Shown here piece by piece: positions 1 to 10,611 of a DNA stretch of 57,175 nt. The position numbers were made by a program, and so were the translations under genes. Positions within the stretch are counted from its first letter, which is position 1; each line of letters opens with the position of its first letter. Source of the stretch: a bacterium (lineage in GTDB: Bacteria > Patescibacteriota > Minisyncoccia > Moranbacterales > UBA2206); assembly GCA_030654225.1 (NCBI GenBank), contig JAURXY010000017.1:1-57175 (forward strand), written 5' to 3'. The notes under the pieces were generated by a model. The model was not told the DNA's origin and did not search any database. It worked only from the letters and a program-made list of their open reading frames with translations.

Positions 1-97
1 AACATACAAATCTAATGAACATTTTTGGTGCTGCATAGTGATAATGATAATTTTTAATTTTTGTTTTTACCCCCTTGGGTACATTATCTCATTATCA

Positions 98-1681
98 CTA
101 AACAGAATCAAATTTAAGCAAACGCGTAAGTCCTAATTTTATTAAAGTTTCTTTTTCCATCACCTTAGGTTTTTCAATATTCATTATATCCAAAATTGTC
201 GGTGCGATGTTACCCAAGATTCCGCCGTCTTTTAGCTTAGCATTCTTAAATTTATCTGAAACCAAAAGAAATGGCACTGGATTTTTGGTGTGATAGGTGT
301 AGGCTTGATTGGCTTTTTCATCAAACATTTTTTCTGCGTTGCCGTGATCAGCAGTGATAATCAAATTTCCACCTCGCCGTAAAACTTCTTTGGAAAGAAT
401 TTCGATTTGCTGATCCAAAATTTCACAAGCCTTTACTGTCGCGCCAAGATCCCCCGTGTGCCCTACCATATCAGCATTGGCAAAATTAACCGTATAAAAA
501 TCATACTTTTCTTTGCGCATTTTCTCTAAAAGGCATTCAGTAATTTTTGGTGCTGACATTTGTGGCATTTTGGCATAAGAATCAATTTTCGGCGAAGGAA
601 CCATAATTCGATTTTCGTCATCAACTGGATCCGCATAACCGCCGTTGAAAAAATATGTCACATGCGCGAATTTTTCTGTTTCTGCAATATATAATTGTCG
701 CGTATCCTTGAAAGCCATCGGCAAAGTTCCAACTAGCGGTTGATCATCCCAAATAGTATGCACATCGAGATCCGGTCCAAAATTTGTGAGCGCTACAAAA
801 TATAAATTTTTGATATGATCTATAATTGGCATATCATCATTAATGATAGAAGTCTTATTAGAAGCGATAAATAATTTGGAGAACTGTCGAGCTCGGTCTG
901 AGCGTAAATTGAAAAATACAATACTGTCATTTTCTTTTAGTCTTGTGATTGGAACATTATTATCCAAAATTACTGTTGGCAAAATATATTCATCGCTAAG
1001 TCCAGCCATATAAGCTTTTTCAACGGCCTCCTCGGGACTCTCCGCTTTTTCTCCCCGTGAAAAAACAATAGCTTCAAAGGCCTTTGCCAATCGATCCCAA
1101 TTTTTGGCTCGATCCATCGCATAAAATCTGCCTGAAAGCGTGGCAATTTTTCCAATGCCTTCTTCTTTCATTATTTGTTGAAAATTTTCCAGATGCGTGA
1201 GAGCACTTTTCGGATAAGAGTCTCTTCCATCAGAAAAAAGATGGCAATAAACTTCGGCTATTCCATTAGTTTTAGCTAGCTGCAAAATTGCGCGAAAATG
1301 TTCTGGGTCACTATGCGGGCTATCACTATCTCCCATCAGTCCCATTAAATGAAAATTCCCGCCGTTTTCTTTGATATGCCGAACTGAACCCATTAGCGCC
1401 GGGTTCATAAAAAAACTTCCGTCCGCAATACTTTGCGTGATATAAAAATTATCTTGCAGAGCAATTCGACCAGCGCCAATGTTCATATGTCCCGCCTCCG
1501 AGCCACTCATTTTGTGATCTGGAAGTCCCACATCTTGCCCAGTTGCACCAAGCAGAGTATTTGGATAAAGTTCAAACAACCGATCGAGTGTCGGTCGCTT
1601 GGACAAAGTTATAGCATTATATTTGCTCGCTTGAGCAACGCCATAACCATCAAGAATAATAAGTATTGTTGGTTTTTTCAT
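98..1681 (-). CDS. gpmI: 2,3-bisphosphoglycerate-independent phosphoglycerate mutase
   Basis: ILDGYG, SEAGHMNIGAGR, GRFYAMDR, NADMVGHTG, TADHGNAE motifs. Confidence 0.96.
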   Translation of the reverse strand: MKKPTILIILDGYGVAQASKYNAITLSKRPTLDRLFELYPNTLLGATGQDVGLPDHKMSGSEAGHMNIGAGRIALQDNFYITQSIADGSFFMNPALMGSVRHIKENGGNFHLMGLMGDSDSPHSDPEHFRAILQLAKTNGIAEVYCHLFSDGRDSYPKSALTHLENFQQIMKEEGIGKIATLSGRFYAMDRAKNWDRLAKAFEAIVFSRGEKAESPEEAVEKAYMAGLSDEYILPTVILDNNVPITRLKENDSIVFFNLRSDRARQFSKLFIASNKTSIINDDMPIIDHIKNLYFVALTNFGPDLDVHTIWDDQPLVGTLPMAFKDTRQLYIAETEKFAHVTYFFNGGYADPVDDENRIMVPSPKIDSYAKMPQMSAPKITECLLEKMRKEKYDFYTVNFANADMVGHTGDLGATVKACEILDQQIEILSKEVLRRGGNLIITADHGNAEKMFDEKANQAYTYHTKNPVPFLLVSDKFKNAKLKDGGILGNIAPTILDIMNIEKPKVMEKETLIKLGLTRLLKFDSV

Positions 1682-1686
1682 ATAAA

Positions 1687-2964
1687 TTAAATTTCTTCTT
1701 CGATTCTAAGTAGTCGATTATATTTACAAATTCTTTCTCCGCGAGACAGTGATCCAGATTTCATATATTCCGCACCTGTGCCCACCGCCAAATCAGAAAT
1801 AAAATCATCAGTGGTTTCTCCACTGCGATGAGAAATAACTGTTTTCATCTTATTCTTCTTAGCCAATTTTATGCATTCAATAGTTTCACTAAGTGTTCCA
1901 ATTTGATTGACTTTGATGAGCACGGCGTTACAAGACTTTTCTTCTATAGCTTTTTTGAGACGCGCAACATTTGTCACAAGCAAATCGTCGCCGATAAGCA
2001 TCACCCCTGCCTCACCGGCAGACAAGTTCCCTCCAATTTTTTCATTCATTGTTCGCCAACCTGAAAAATCATTTTCATTGAGTCCATCTTCTACAGAAAT
2101 TACATTGTATTTTTCAATCCATTCATTATAAATATTCACCAGCATTTCGCGCGTGAGCGTGGAATTTTCTGGTTTGAAAATATATTTTTCTTCTTTTTCG
2201 TCATAAAAAGAATTAGCTGCCGCGTCTATTCCGATACTCGCCTGCTTGCCTTCAATGTATCCTGCCTTAGCAATTGCCGTGTTGATAAGTTCCAATGCCT
2301 GGGCATTGCTTTCTAGTTTTGGCGCAAAACCACCCTCATCTCCCACGGCAGTGCTATAACCTTCACTACCTAAAATTTCCATCAGTGCATGAAAAATTTC
2401 ACTCCCGGCGCGCAGTTGTTCTTTGAAAGTTTTTATTCCATTTGGCACTAATTTATATTCCTGAATTGAAAGTCCGCTGTCGCTATGCTTTCCGCCGTTT
2501 ATGATATTAAACATTGGCATTGGCAATTTATATTTTTTTGTGGGAAATTTATATGTCTTAGCAATATACGCATAAAGCGGTAACTTATTTTCCAAAGCCG
2601 ACGCCCGACAAACAGCCAAGGAAACTCCCAAAATTGCATTGGCACCAAGATTAGTCTTGTTTTCCGTCGCGTCCAGTGCCAGCATTTTTTCATCAATTTC
2701 TTTTTGATTTCCTGCTTCCATTCCAATCAGAATTTTGGAAATTTTTTCATTTACATTTTCCACGGCCTTCAATACTCCTTGCCCCCGATATCTTTTTGGA
2801 TCCTTATCGCGAAGCTCCAAGGCTTCGTAAGCTCCAGTGGACGCGCCACTTGGCACCGCCGCACTCGCTTTCACTCCCGATTCCAATTCAACTTCAACTT
2901 CCACTGTTGGATTCCCCCTCGAATCCAAAATCTCCCGCGCAAATATTTTTTTTATTTTACTCAT
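1687..2964 (-). CDS. eno: Enolase (with short palindrome-derived insert)
   Basis: REILDSRGNPTVE, VPSGASTG, VGDEGGFAP, SHRSGET. Confidence 0.98.
   Translation of the reverse strand: MSKIKKIFAREILDSRGNPTVEVEVELESGVKASAAVPSGASTGAYEALELRDKDPKRYRGQGVLKAVENVNEKISKILIGMEAGNQKEIDEKMLALDATENKTNLGANAILGVSLAVCRASALENKLPLYAYIAKTYKFPTKKYKLPMPMFNIINGGKHSDSGLSIQEYKLVPNGIKTFKEQLRAGSEIFHALMEILGSEGYSTAVGDEGGFAPKLESNAQALELINTAIAKAGYIEGKQASIGIDAAANSFYDEKEEKYIFKPENSTLTREMLVNIYNEWIEKYNVISVEDGLNENDFSGWRTMNEKIGGNLSAGEAGVMLIGDDLLVTNVARLKKAIEEKSCNAVLIKVNQIGTLSETIECIKLAKKNKMKTVISHRSGETTDDFISDLAVGTGAEYMKSGSLSRGERICKYNRLLRIEEEI
2006..2026. repeat. Degenerate 21-bp CCTGCC...GGCAGG-type palindrome, in frame inside eno
   Basis: cctgcctcaccggcagacaag encodes extra LSAGEAG before VMLIGDD; resembles 13757-13780 and 38654-38674. 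Confidence 0.6.
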
Positions 2965-3034
2965 ATTTTTATATATTTATATAATGTTAAAATTTTTATG
3001 ATATTGTATTTTCATTCAGTGTAATCATGTGAGC

Positions 3035-4102
3035 TCACGTGTTAATCAGTGGTTCTGATAGCGCTTCTATCCCCGGCATTTCTCCTCCTCCCAAATAATC
3101 CAGCATGGCTCCGCCACCTGTAGACACAAAATCTATTTTATTCGTAGCATTATTTTTTTCCAAAATTTCCAGTGTTTCTCCGCCACCAACTACGGTGTAC
3201 GCACCTGAGCGCAAAACTGCTTTCAGGATTTCATTGGAACTCACGGCATATTTTTCCTCTTCAAATTTTCCGGTCGGTCCGTTCCAAGCAATTGTCTTGG
3301 CATTGGAAATTATTTCTTTGAATTTTTCCAAAGACTTTGGTCCAATATCAAGTCGGTCATCTACAAAATCAAACGGCAAAATTACTTTTTCACTAAACTG
3401 AGTTTTTTGATCCAAAGCCTCATTGGCAATCTTCCCACCTACCAAAATATTGTCATATTTTTCTTCGAAGAATTTAATCACTGGCAACTTTGTTTCAATT
3501 TTGGCTCCACCAATAATTGCCACCGCCGGACGCGCAAAATCATTTTTTATCTTTTCCATTTCCTCAATTTCTTTTTGTAATAAAATTCCAGCATAGCCAG
3601 GAATAAATTTAGGAATGCCAGAGATTGATGCTTGACTTCTATGTGATTGGCTAAAAGCGTCATTTACAAAAATATCGAAATTTTCTGCTAACTTTTTTGC
3701 AAATTCGGCGTCATATTCTTCACCAGTCTTAACACTTCCCTCACCGGGATAAAATCTAACATTTTCCAGCATGGCCATCTCGCCTTCTTTCAGCTTATCC
3801 ATTGCATTTTTCACTTCTTCGCCAATGCAATCGGAAACAAAAATTATTTTGTATCCCAAAATTTCTTCAATATCGTTTTTTATTTGATATAAAGAAAAAT
3901 TCATATCTTTTTTCCCATCTGGCCGACCAAGATATGTCATAATTGCCACTTTCGCTCCTTTTTCCATTAGATAATCCGCCGCTTTTTTTATTGCTTTAAT
4001 TTTAAACTTTTCTTTCGCATGTCCATTTTCAATCGAAACATCAATACCTACCCGAAATATTACTTTTTTATTTTTAATATCAACTTCTTGTATTTTTCTC
4101 AT
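3035..4102 (-). CDS. pgk: Phosphoglycerate kinase
   Basis: LGRPDG, LENVRF, IIGGAK, WNGPTG, STGGGA; start moved to MRKIQ. Confidence 0.95.
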   Translation of the reverse strand: MRKIQEVDIKNKKVIFRVGIDVSIENGHAKEKFKIKAIKKAADYLMEKGAKVAIMTYLGRPDGKKDMNFSLYQIKNDIEEILGYKIIFVSDCIGEEVKNAMDKLKEGEMAMLENVRFYPGEGSVKTGEEYDAEFAKKLAENFDIFVNDAFSQSHRSQASISGIPKFIPGYAGILLQKEIEEMEKIKNDFARPAVAIIGGAKIETKLPVIKFFEEKYDNILVGGKIANEALDQKTQFSEKVILPFDFVDDRLDIGPKSLEKFKEIISNAKTIAWNGPTGKFEEEKYAVSSNEILKAVLRSGAYTVVGGGETLEILEKNNATNKIDFVSTGGGAMLDYLGGGEMPGIEALSEPLINT

Positions 4103-4106
4103 AAAT

Positions 4107-5213
4107 TTAGTGAAAATGTTTACCAGCACCTAAGATTCCAATTATTATTCCAATCATAGCAGTAATAGCCGTAAATATCCAAGCACGCATTGTCACTTTT
4201 GTTTCCGGCCAACCCAAAGCTTCAAAATGATGGTGAATAGGAGCAGCTAAAAAAACTTTTCTTTTAAAAAACTTTTTACTAGTAAGTTGAATTGCGACTG
4301 ATCCAGATTCAAGAATATAAATAAAAACGATTATAAGTAGCACTAGAGCAGAATTTGTGAGCATTGCCACCACGCCCAGTGTTATCCCAAGAGACATTGC
4401 TCCTGTATCGCCCATAAAAAATCTAGCTGGATAGATGTTAAACCACAAAAAAGCTAGAAGCGCTCCGGAAATTGCAGCGCAAAAAGAAGCCAAATCCATT
4501 TTATTTTGTGAAAAAGAAATCAAAGCGAATGAACCAAATGCCATCAGTAATATTCCTCCGTTTAGTCCATCCAGTCCATCAGTTTCATTAGAAGAAATAG
4601 CAGTAAAAAGAATGATAAAAATAAAAAGTGGGATATACCAAAGACCAATGGAAAAATCGCCCATAGCCGGAACATGAATTTTGTCCCAACCAAGTTTATA
4701 GTAGAACCACCAGGCGCCAAGAATTGAAATAATAATTAACCAACCAAAACGTGCCAAAAATCTCATCCCGCCACCTTTGTTTTTTCCGATTCCTCTAACA
4801 CTCATATAATCATCAAATAGTCCTAGGATTCCCGCGGAAACCAAAGCAAAAAGCGGTAGCCATGTTTGCGCGCGACTCAAAAAATCAAGACGAGCAATGA
4901 AAGTAGTTTGAAAAAACTCCGCTACATAAGAAAAAAGGTAGTGCGAAGCGAACATCAAAATCGCCACCGTAAACCATACTAACACTCCACCCATAATCGG
5001 CGTACCAGCTTTGTGTTTGTGCATCTCACTCACATAAGTGAGTTTTTTTCCATCTACTGAGTTTTCTTTTATTTTTACTCCAATTTTATATTTATACAAA
5101 ATGTGCGTCCAAAGAGGAGTGAGGACAAAAGCTAAAACAAAAGCTAAGAAACCTGTAGCTAAAATCTTTATCACATTCATAACATCAGGAATGTTTTGTA
5201 TTTGAGAAATCAT
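4107..5213 (-). CDS. mraY: Phospho-N-acetylmuramoyl-pentapeptide transferase
   Basis: GTPIMGG, NETDGLDGL, FMGDTG, APIHHHFE, multiple TM helices. Confidence 0.95.
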   Translation of the reverse strand: MISQIQNIPDVMNVIKILATGFLAFVLAFVLTPLWTHILYKYKIGVKIKENSVDGKKLTYVSEMHKHKAGTPIMGGVLVWFTVAILMFASHYLFSYVAEFFQTTFIARLDFLSRAQTWLPLFALVSAGILGLFDDYMSVRGIGKNKGGGMRFLARFGWLIIISILGAWWFYYKLGWDKIHVPAMGDFSIGLWYIPLFIFIILFTAISSNETDGLDGLNGGILLMAFGSFALISFSQNKMDLASFCAAISGALLAFLWFNIYPARFFMGDTGAMSLGITLGVVAMLTNSALVLLIIVFIYILESGSVAIQLTSKKFFKRKVFLAAPIHHHFEALGWPETKVTMRAWIFTAITAMIGIIIGILGAGKHFH

Positions 5214-5300
5214 ATAATTCACAGAGCTACACAGAACTTTTCAGAACGACACAGAAACTTTTCTGCGTTATTCTGTTATTTTCTGTGTTTTTTCTGTATT

Positions 5301-6344
5301 TTATCTCCATTCATAATTAGCAAAAGTCCAATCAACTAATTTTTTCATATCTTCCCAACGATTTTCATCATTTAGAATTACTGAGATTATTTTATGTTCC
5401 CCAGTCGGATCAGCTGCTACTGTTAAAAGTGATTTTCCCGCCAGTGGAGTGAATCCAGTTTTGCCACCCAAACAATTTGGCATCTCGCGAAGAAGCATAT
5501 CGGTGTTTTTTAGTTGATGCATATATTTTCCGTCAACCGAATAAATCTGTTCCTCCTCCACTCTCATTATATCCCAAATCAGCTTATATTGTAAGGAATG
5601 GGAAGCAATGCGCGCAATATCATAAGCCGAAGAATAACACTCCGATTCCCTCCCATCAATTTCTAATCCTGAAGGCGTGCAAAAATTAGTATCTTTCAAT
5701 CCTAATTCTTTTGTTTTCATATTCATTAGTTTTACAAAATCTTCTGGAGTTTTAGCCACATGAATTGACAAGGCAGTCGCCGCATCGTTGGCACTATTTA
5801 GTAGCATAGCCTTCAAAAGATTTCGCACTGTTATTTTTTCTCCCGCAAACATTTGATTAGCATTGCAAAAAACACTCGTTGGACAACCCACTACTGTGCC
5901 GTCAACGGTCAGGGCAGTTTTTGTAATAGTCGCAACTTCATCTAAATTTTCCACATTTTCCACGACCAAAATTGCCGTCATAATTTTGGTAAGCGAGGCA
6001 ATTTGTGTTTGCTTCCTGCCTTCTGCATAATGCAAAATTGTCCCGCTATCCGCATCAATTGCCACCGATGCTCCCGACCAAATTTTCACATCAGTATAAT
6101 CAATTCTTCTTTTGGGTATGATATTAGACGGAACTTTTTCCTTTAAAGGAAAAAGATCGCGAGAAACAATATTTTGACTTGCATCAACTTGGCAAGAATT
6201 CACTTGCCCTTTTTGACTTTCTTCACCCAAAACTTGGTTTTGCACTGGTATATTTTTCACCTCATTTTTAATTGTCACTAAATCACCATACATAAATATG
6301 GGCACAAAAGGGACTATTAAAATTGCAAAAATAATATTAAGCAT
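5301..6344 (-). CDS. D-alanyl-D-alanine carboxypeptidase (peptidase S11)
   Basis: SxxK (ASLTK), SxN (SAN), KTG; N-terminal hydrophobic anchor. Confidence 0.9.
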   Translation of the reverse strand: MLNIIFAILIVPFVPIFMYGDLVTIKNEVKNIPVQNQVLGEESQKGQVNSCQVDASQNIVSRDLFPLKEKVPSNIIPKRRIDYTDVKIWSGASVAIDADSGTILHYAEGRKQTQIASLTKIMTAILVVENVENLDEVATITKTALTVDGTVVGCPTSVFCNANQMFAGEKITVRNLLKAMLLNSANDAATALSIHVAKTPEDFVKLMNMKTKELGLKDTNFCTPSGLEIDGRESECYSSAYDIARIASHSLQYKLIWDIMRVEEEQIYSVDGKYMHQLKNTDMLLREMPNCLGGKTGFTPLAGKSLLTVAADPTGEHKIISVILNDENRWEDMKKLVDWTFANYEWR

Positions 6345-6358
6345 AAATAAAAAATATT

Positions 6359-6901
6359 CTAACTTTCAACCACATTTTCTATCCGAGGATCTTGCGATAG
6401 CGTTTCAAAATCTGGCAATTTGGAAATACTGTCAATTCCGAGTTTTTTCAAAAAATCAAAAGATATTTTATAGAGATATGACCTATTGTCCGACGGGTTG
6501 TCCACTCTTTCCAGGAGTCCGCGCATCATCATATTTCGTAAGGTGAATGTGCAGTTGACTCCGCGAATTGCTTCGATATTAATGCGAGAGATTGGTCCAC
6601 GATACGCCACAATCGAAAGCACTTCTAGCGCCGCCTTGCTCAGATTTTCTTGAATTTCACTTTTTACTAATTCGGAAATAATTTCAGAATTTTCCGGTGC
6701 CGTCGCCATTTGAATTTGATCTTCTTTTTTAATGATAATTATTCCACGATTGACTGAATATTCACCTTGCAAAACCATGACGGCATTTTCCACTTCTGAA
6801 ATTTCCACGCCAGTAATTTTGGCAATCCGAGAAATTTTCACCGGCTCACCACTGATAAACAACATGCTTTCAATTATTGATTTTATTTTTTCAAGTTCCA
6901 T
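6359..6901 (-). CDS. scpB: Segregation and condensation protein B
   Basis: LSKAALEVLSIVAYRGPISR...IRGV. Confidence 0.95.
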   Translation of the reverse strand: MELEKIKSIIESMLFISGEPVKISRIAKITGVEISEVENAVMVLQGEYSVNRGIIIIKKEDQIQMATAPENSEIISELVKSEIQENLSKAALEVLSIVAYRGPISRINIEAIRGVNCTFTLRNMMMRGLLERVDNPSDNRSYLYKISFDFLKKLGIDSISKLPDFETLSQDPRIENVVES

Positions 6902-6910
6902 TTTTATAAA

Positions 6911-7615
6911 TTAATTATTTTTTAGGCTTAATTTTATATCTTCAAATAAATCAGTTTGCTCCACTTCGATTAGCCTTTGCTTTATCATTTCAAGCATTGC
7001 CAGAAATGACACAATTACTTCCACCTTATCTGTGGATTTTTCCACTAAATCAGAAAATGACGACTGAATTTTGCTACGCAAAAAATTTTCCAGTTCATTT
7101 ATTTTTTCTTCCAACGTCACCACTTCATTCACAATCTCCTCGGACAGTTTTTCTATGATCGGAATTTCACTTAAAATTGCCAAAAAATGTTTCTTGAAAT
7201 CATAAATATTGAAATCTTCTGGCGGATAGAAAATCGATTTTACGGCGGAGAAACCTTCCCGAGAATAGCAAATTTTTCTACTCTCTGCAATCTTTCCGAG
7301 CCTTATTGAAATTTCCTTGAATTTTCGATACTCTTCTAATTGTTTTGTGAGGTCTTTGATTTCCGCTTCTTCCTCTTCGCTGAATTTTAGCATTGGCAAA
7401 AGCGCCCGCGATTTAATGAGAATGAGACGCGACGCCACCGACAAAAAATCTGCCAAATGTTCCAGATTGATGCTTTGATTGTCTTTGATATGATCCAAAT
7501 ATTCACTGGCCACCCGAGACAAACTGAGTTCCGTTATTTCCAATTTTTCTTTTTGAATAAGCTCCAAAAGCAAATCCATCGGGCCTTCAAATTTTTCCGT
7601 TTTTACTTGATACAT
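6911..7615 (-). CDS. scpA: Segregation and condensation protein A (kleisin)
   Basis: FEGPMDLLL, IKSRALLP, FLAMLEM. Confidence 0.95.
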   Translation of the reverse strand: MYQVKTEKFEGPMDLLLELIQKEKLEITELSLSRVASEYLDHIKDNQSINLEHLADFLSVASRLILIKSRALLPMLKFSEEEEAEIKDLTKQLEEYRKFKEISIRLGKIAESRKICYSREGFSAVKSIFYPPEDFNIYDFKKHFLAILSEIPIIEKLSEEIVNEVVTLEEKINELENFLRSKIQSSFSDLVEKSTDKVEVIVSFLAMLEMIKQRLIEVEQTDLFEDIKLSLKNN

Positions 7616-7617
7616 TT

Positions 7618-8115
7618 TTATTTCTTCTTACTAAAACTTCCTTTAATTATTGTTTCTTTTTTTATATATTCACTGACATTTATCAAAAATGACTGAGTAT
7701 ATTCTCCTGATCCGACATATATTTTCTTGTTTTTGAGTAGCAAGCTATCCACAAAAATTTCCATTTTGAGAAGCTCTGAAAACGGCGGTGTCGCTCCAAC
7801 TTTTCCCAAGAGATTTTTCTTCATCCAAGCTTCCTTAGCGAAATCAATTTTCTTGGAATTTTTCAAACCCTGCTTTTTTCTTTGGACATTTATGACTTTC
7901 AAAAGCTTTTGCTTGTCGAGATTTTTGTTTCCAGGGATTAGTGCCAAAAGATAGTCCTTGTCCGCTCTCATCACCAAAGCCTTCACTACAGTTTTTGGAT
8001 CAACTTTTTCCGTCTGCGCTGTGTCCCAAGCCGTGAAGGTAGTCTTATGCTCGATAATATTAAATTTATACTTTTTATCCTCCAGATATTTTATAATTTT
8101 CTTTGAAATAGGCAT
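7618..8115 (-). CDS. YbaK/ProX-family aminoacyl-tRNA deacylase-like protein
   Basis: H..TFTA..TA, VVKALV, GATPPF pattern. Confidence 0.75.
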   Translation of the reverse strand: MPISKKIIKYLEDKKYKFNIIEHKTTFTAWDTAQTEKVDPKTVVKALVMRADKDYLLALIPGNKNLDKQKLLKVINVQRKKQGLKNSKKIDFAKEAWMKKNLLGKVGATPPFSELLKMEIFVDSLLLKNKKIYVGSGEYTQSFLINVSEYIKKETIIKGSFSKKK

Positions 8116-8198
8116 AAATTTTGATTATTTCTTTACTTATCCACTATATCACAAAAGAAAAATTCAGGAAAATCCTGAATTTGATATTAACCTCTCGT

Positions 8199-10580
8199 CT
8201 ATTTAGCTATAATCTTCCCTCCTTGCCCGATTTGGTCTAATTTTACTGAGAGAAGTTTTGAAATACCTTCTTCGCCCATTGTGACGCCGTATAGAAGTGA
8301 CGCTTGGCGCATAGTTTCGCGATTATGAGTGATTGTGACGAATTGAGTACTTCCGGAAAGCTCGGTAAGAATGCGACCAAAACGGCGGGAGTTTGCTTCG
8401 TCTAGGGCAGCCTCAACTTCGTCCAAAATAGCAAATGGTGGTGGGTTATGAGAAATTATAGCAAACAAAAGTGCCAAGGATGTGAGTGATCTTTCGCCTC
8501 CGGAAAGCATAGAAAGATTGGCAATTCTTTTGCCTGGGGGACAAGCAGAGATATCAATGCCGACATCATTTCTTTCTTCTTCTTTGTTTTCTTCCTCTAT
8601 TATCTCATCCTTTTCACCTTTATTTTCAGCTTCCCCTTCTGCTAATTCGGCCTCTTCTTTGGCTTTACGTTTCGAACTTTGAATTTTAAACTTAGTTAGA
8701 TGGGCAGTTCCTCCGCCAAAAATTATACGGAAATATTTAGAAAATTCTTTGTTTATTTCCTCAAAAGTAGCAGCAAATTTTCCCTCAATTTTTTGATCCA
8801 TTTCTTTCACTACTTCTCGCAGAGACACAATCGCCTCTTCCAAGTCTCTTGATTCACCATCCAAAAATTCAAATCGTTTTTGGGTTTCGTTATATTCATC
8901 AATCACCATCGGATCAATTCCACCGATTTGCTCCATTTTTATTTTTAGCTTATGTATTTCTTGTTCCAAATTTTCTCGATTTATTTCTCCCTCAATAGGA
9001 GCCAACTCCTCAGCTTCTTTTCTTAGTTCGGTCTTTATCTGATTTTTCAAATCTTCCTCTCGCACTTCCACTCTAGCTAAGACAATCTTAGAATCATTAA
9101 ATTTATCCTTAAGCTTATTTAATTCATCCTGTCTTATTCGAAGCTTGCCTTCAATTTCAAAGAATTTCCTACGCTTTTCGCGATCTAAAAGAATTTCCTG
9201 TTGCATTTCTTGATCAGCCAACAATAATTCTTCCTGCGCTTTTCCAATATCCTCTCTAATTTTAATTATTCTTTCTTGAAGTTCAATGAGAACTTTTGAT
9301 TCAATCTTTTCAACTGCTTTCTTTTCTACTGCAACCGGCTTTGGAGCGACCACTGGCACAATTTCTTTTTTGCCTTTTTCAATTTCAACTTTGAGATCAT
9401 AAAGTTGTTGTCCAACCACTCGGGCAAATTCTTTGATATCTTGCAAATCCTCCATCTTTTCTGCTCTTTCAATTTTTTCAATAAGTTTTTCCTGTTCTTT
9501 TTTGATCTCTTCCAGTTTTTCTTTTATATAAGCTCTGTCAACTAATTGCTCTTTGGGCAAACTAATTTCTGTTTCTCTGATCATCTCAACATTTTTTTGT
9601 TTTTCTTTTTCAATTTCAATCCGACCTTCAGTTATGATAAGCTCTCTTTCTAGCTGGTTCAATTTATTTCTTTGCTCTCTTTGCTTGTTTTCTAACTCAA
9701 GATGTTTAGCTTCATTAGTTTGATTTTTTTCTTCTTTTGACTGATCACCAATTTCATCAGTGAGTTTGTCCACTTCCCGTTGCATATTGATGAGAATCCT
9801 GCCGGATTGTTCTTTTTCTTCGTTTAATCGATTTCTCTCCTGCTGAAAATTATGCCATAGGTGAGAAAAAAGTTTTGTTTGTTTTTCTGCCAGTTCTCTC
9901 ATCACACCTTCACTTTCAGCAGCCTTATCAGCTTGACGCTTTAGCATTCGCAAATGCGGTTTTATCTCCTCTATGAGTTCCTTGGCTCTTTCAAGATTTT
10001 GACGAGTAGAATCAAGTTTTCGCAGAGATCTTTCTTTTTTGATTTGATATTGTTTGACGCCAGCAGCATCTTCAATCACTGATCTTCGTTCAAAGGGCGT
10101 AGCATTGAGTACAGCATCAGCCATACCTTGATTAACCACAGCATAACTTTCTTTGCCTACTCCCGCCTTAGCCAAAATATCCACAATGTCTTGCAGACGA
10201 ACTCGCGAACCATTGATCAAATATTCGCTTTCCCCAGAGCGAAAAATTTTTCTCGTCACTGAGACTTCTTCAAACTCCAGTGGAATTCTTTTGTCGCTAT
10301 TGTCTAAATATAGGGTCACATAAGCGCTCCCAAGTCTAGCTTTTTTTCCTGATCCCGCAAAAATAATATCTTCGGATTTTTTCCCCCGCAAATTTTTCAT
10401 TGACTGTTCCCCCATTACCCAGCGAAGCGCATCCGCAATATTTGATTTACCACTACCATTTGGACCAACAATCGCCGTAATACCTTGATTGGTTCCATTT
10501 TTAGAGTCAATTAAAAAGTCGAGGGTAGTTTTCGACGCAAAAGATTTAAAACCTGAAATTTCGAGTTTTTTTAGATACAC
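8199..10580 (-). CDS. smc: Chromosome partition protein SMC (short form)
   Basis: GPNGSGKSN Walker A, LSGGE signature, LDEVEAALD; coiled coils; near scpAB; GTG start. Confidence 0.92.
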   Translation of the reverse strand: MYLKKLEISGFKSFASKTTLDFLIDSKNGTNQGITAIVGPNGSGKSNIADALRWVMGEQSMKNLRGKKSEDIIFAGSGKKARLGSAYVTLYLDNSDKRIPLEFEEVSVTRKIFRSGESEYLINGSRVRLQDIVDILAKAGVGKESYAVVNQGMADAVLNATPFERRSVIEDAAGVKQYQIKKERSLRKLDSTRQNLERAKELIEEIKPHLRMLKRQADKAAESEGVMRELAEKQTKLFSHLWHNFQQERNRLNEEKEQSGRILINMQREVDKLTDEIGDQSKEEKNQTNEAKHLELENKQREQRNKLNQLERELIITEGRIEIEKEKQKNVEMIRETEISLPKEQLVDRAYIKEKLEEIKKEQEKLIEKIERAEKMEDLQDIKEFARVVGQQLYDLKVEIEKGKKEIVPVVAPKPVAVEKKAVEKIESKVLIELQERIIKIREDIGKAQEELLLADQEMQQEILLDREKRRKFFEIEGKLRIRQDELNKLKDKFNDSKIVLARVEVREEDLKNQIKTELRKEAEELAPIEGEINRENLEQEIHKLKIKMEQIGGIDPMVIDEYNETQKRFEFLDGESRDLEEAIVSLREVVKEMDQKIEGKFAATFEEINKEFSKYFRIIFGGGTAHLTKFKIQSSKRKAKEEAELAEGEAENKGEKDEIIEEENKEEERNDVGIDISACPPGKRIANLSMLSGGERSLTSLALLFAIISHNPPPFAILDEVEAALDEANSRRFGRILTELSGSTQFVTITHNRETMRQASLLYGVTMGEEGISKLLSVKLDQIGQGGKIIAK

Positions 10581-10611
10581 AGTTTTTTTATTTTTATTCT
10601 ATGAAAAATAT

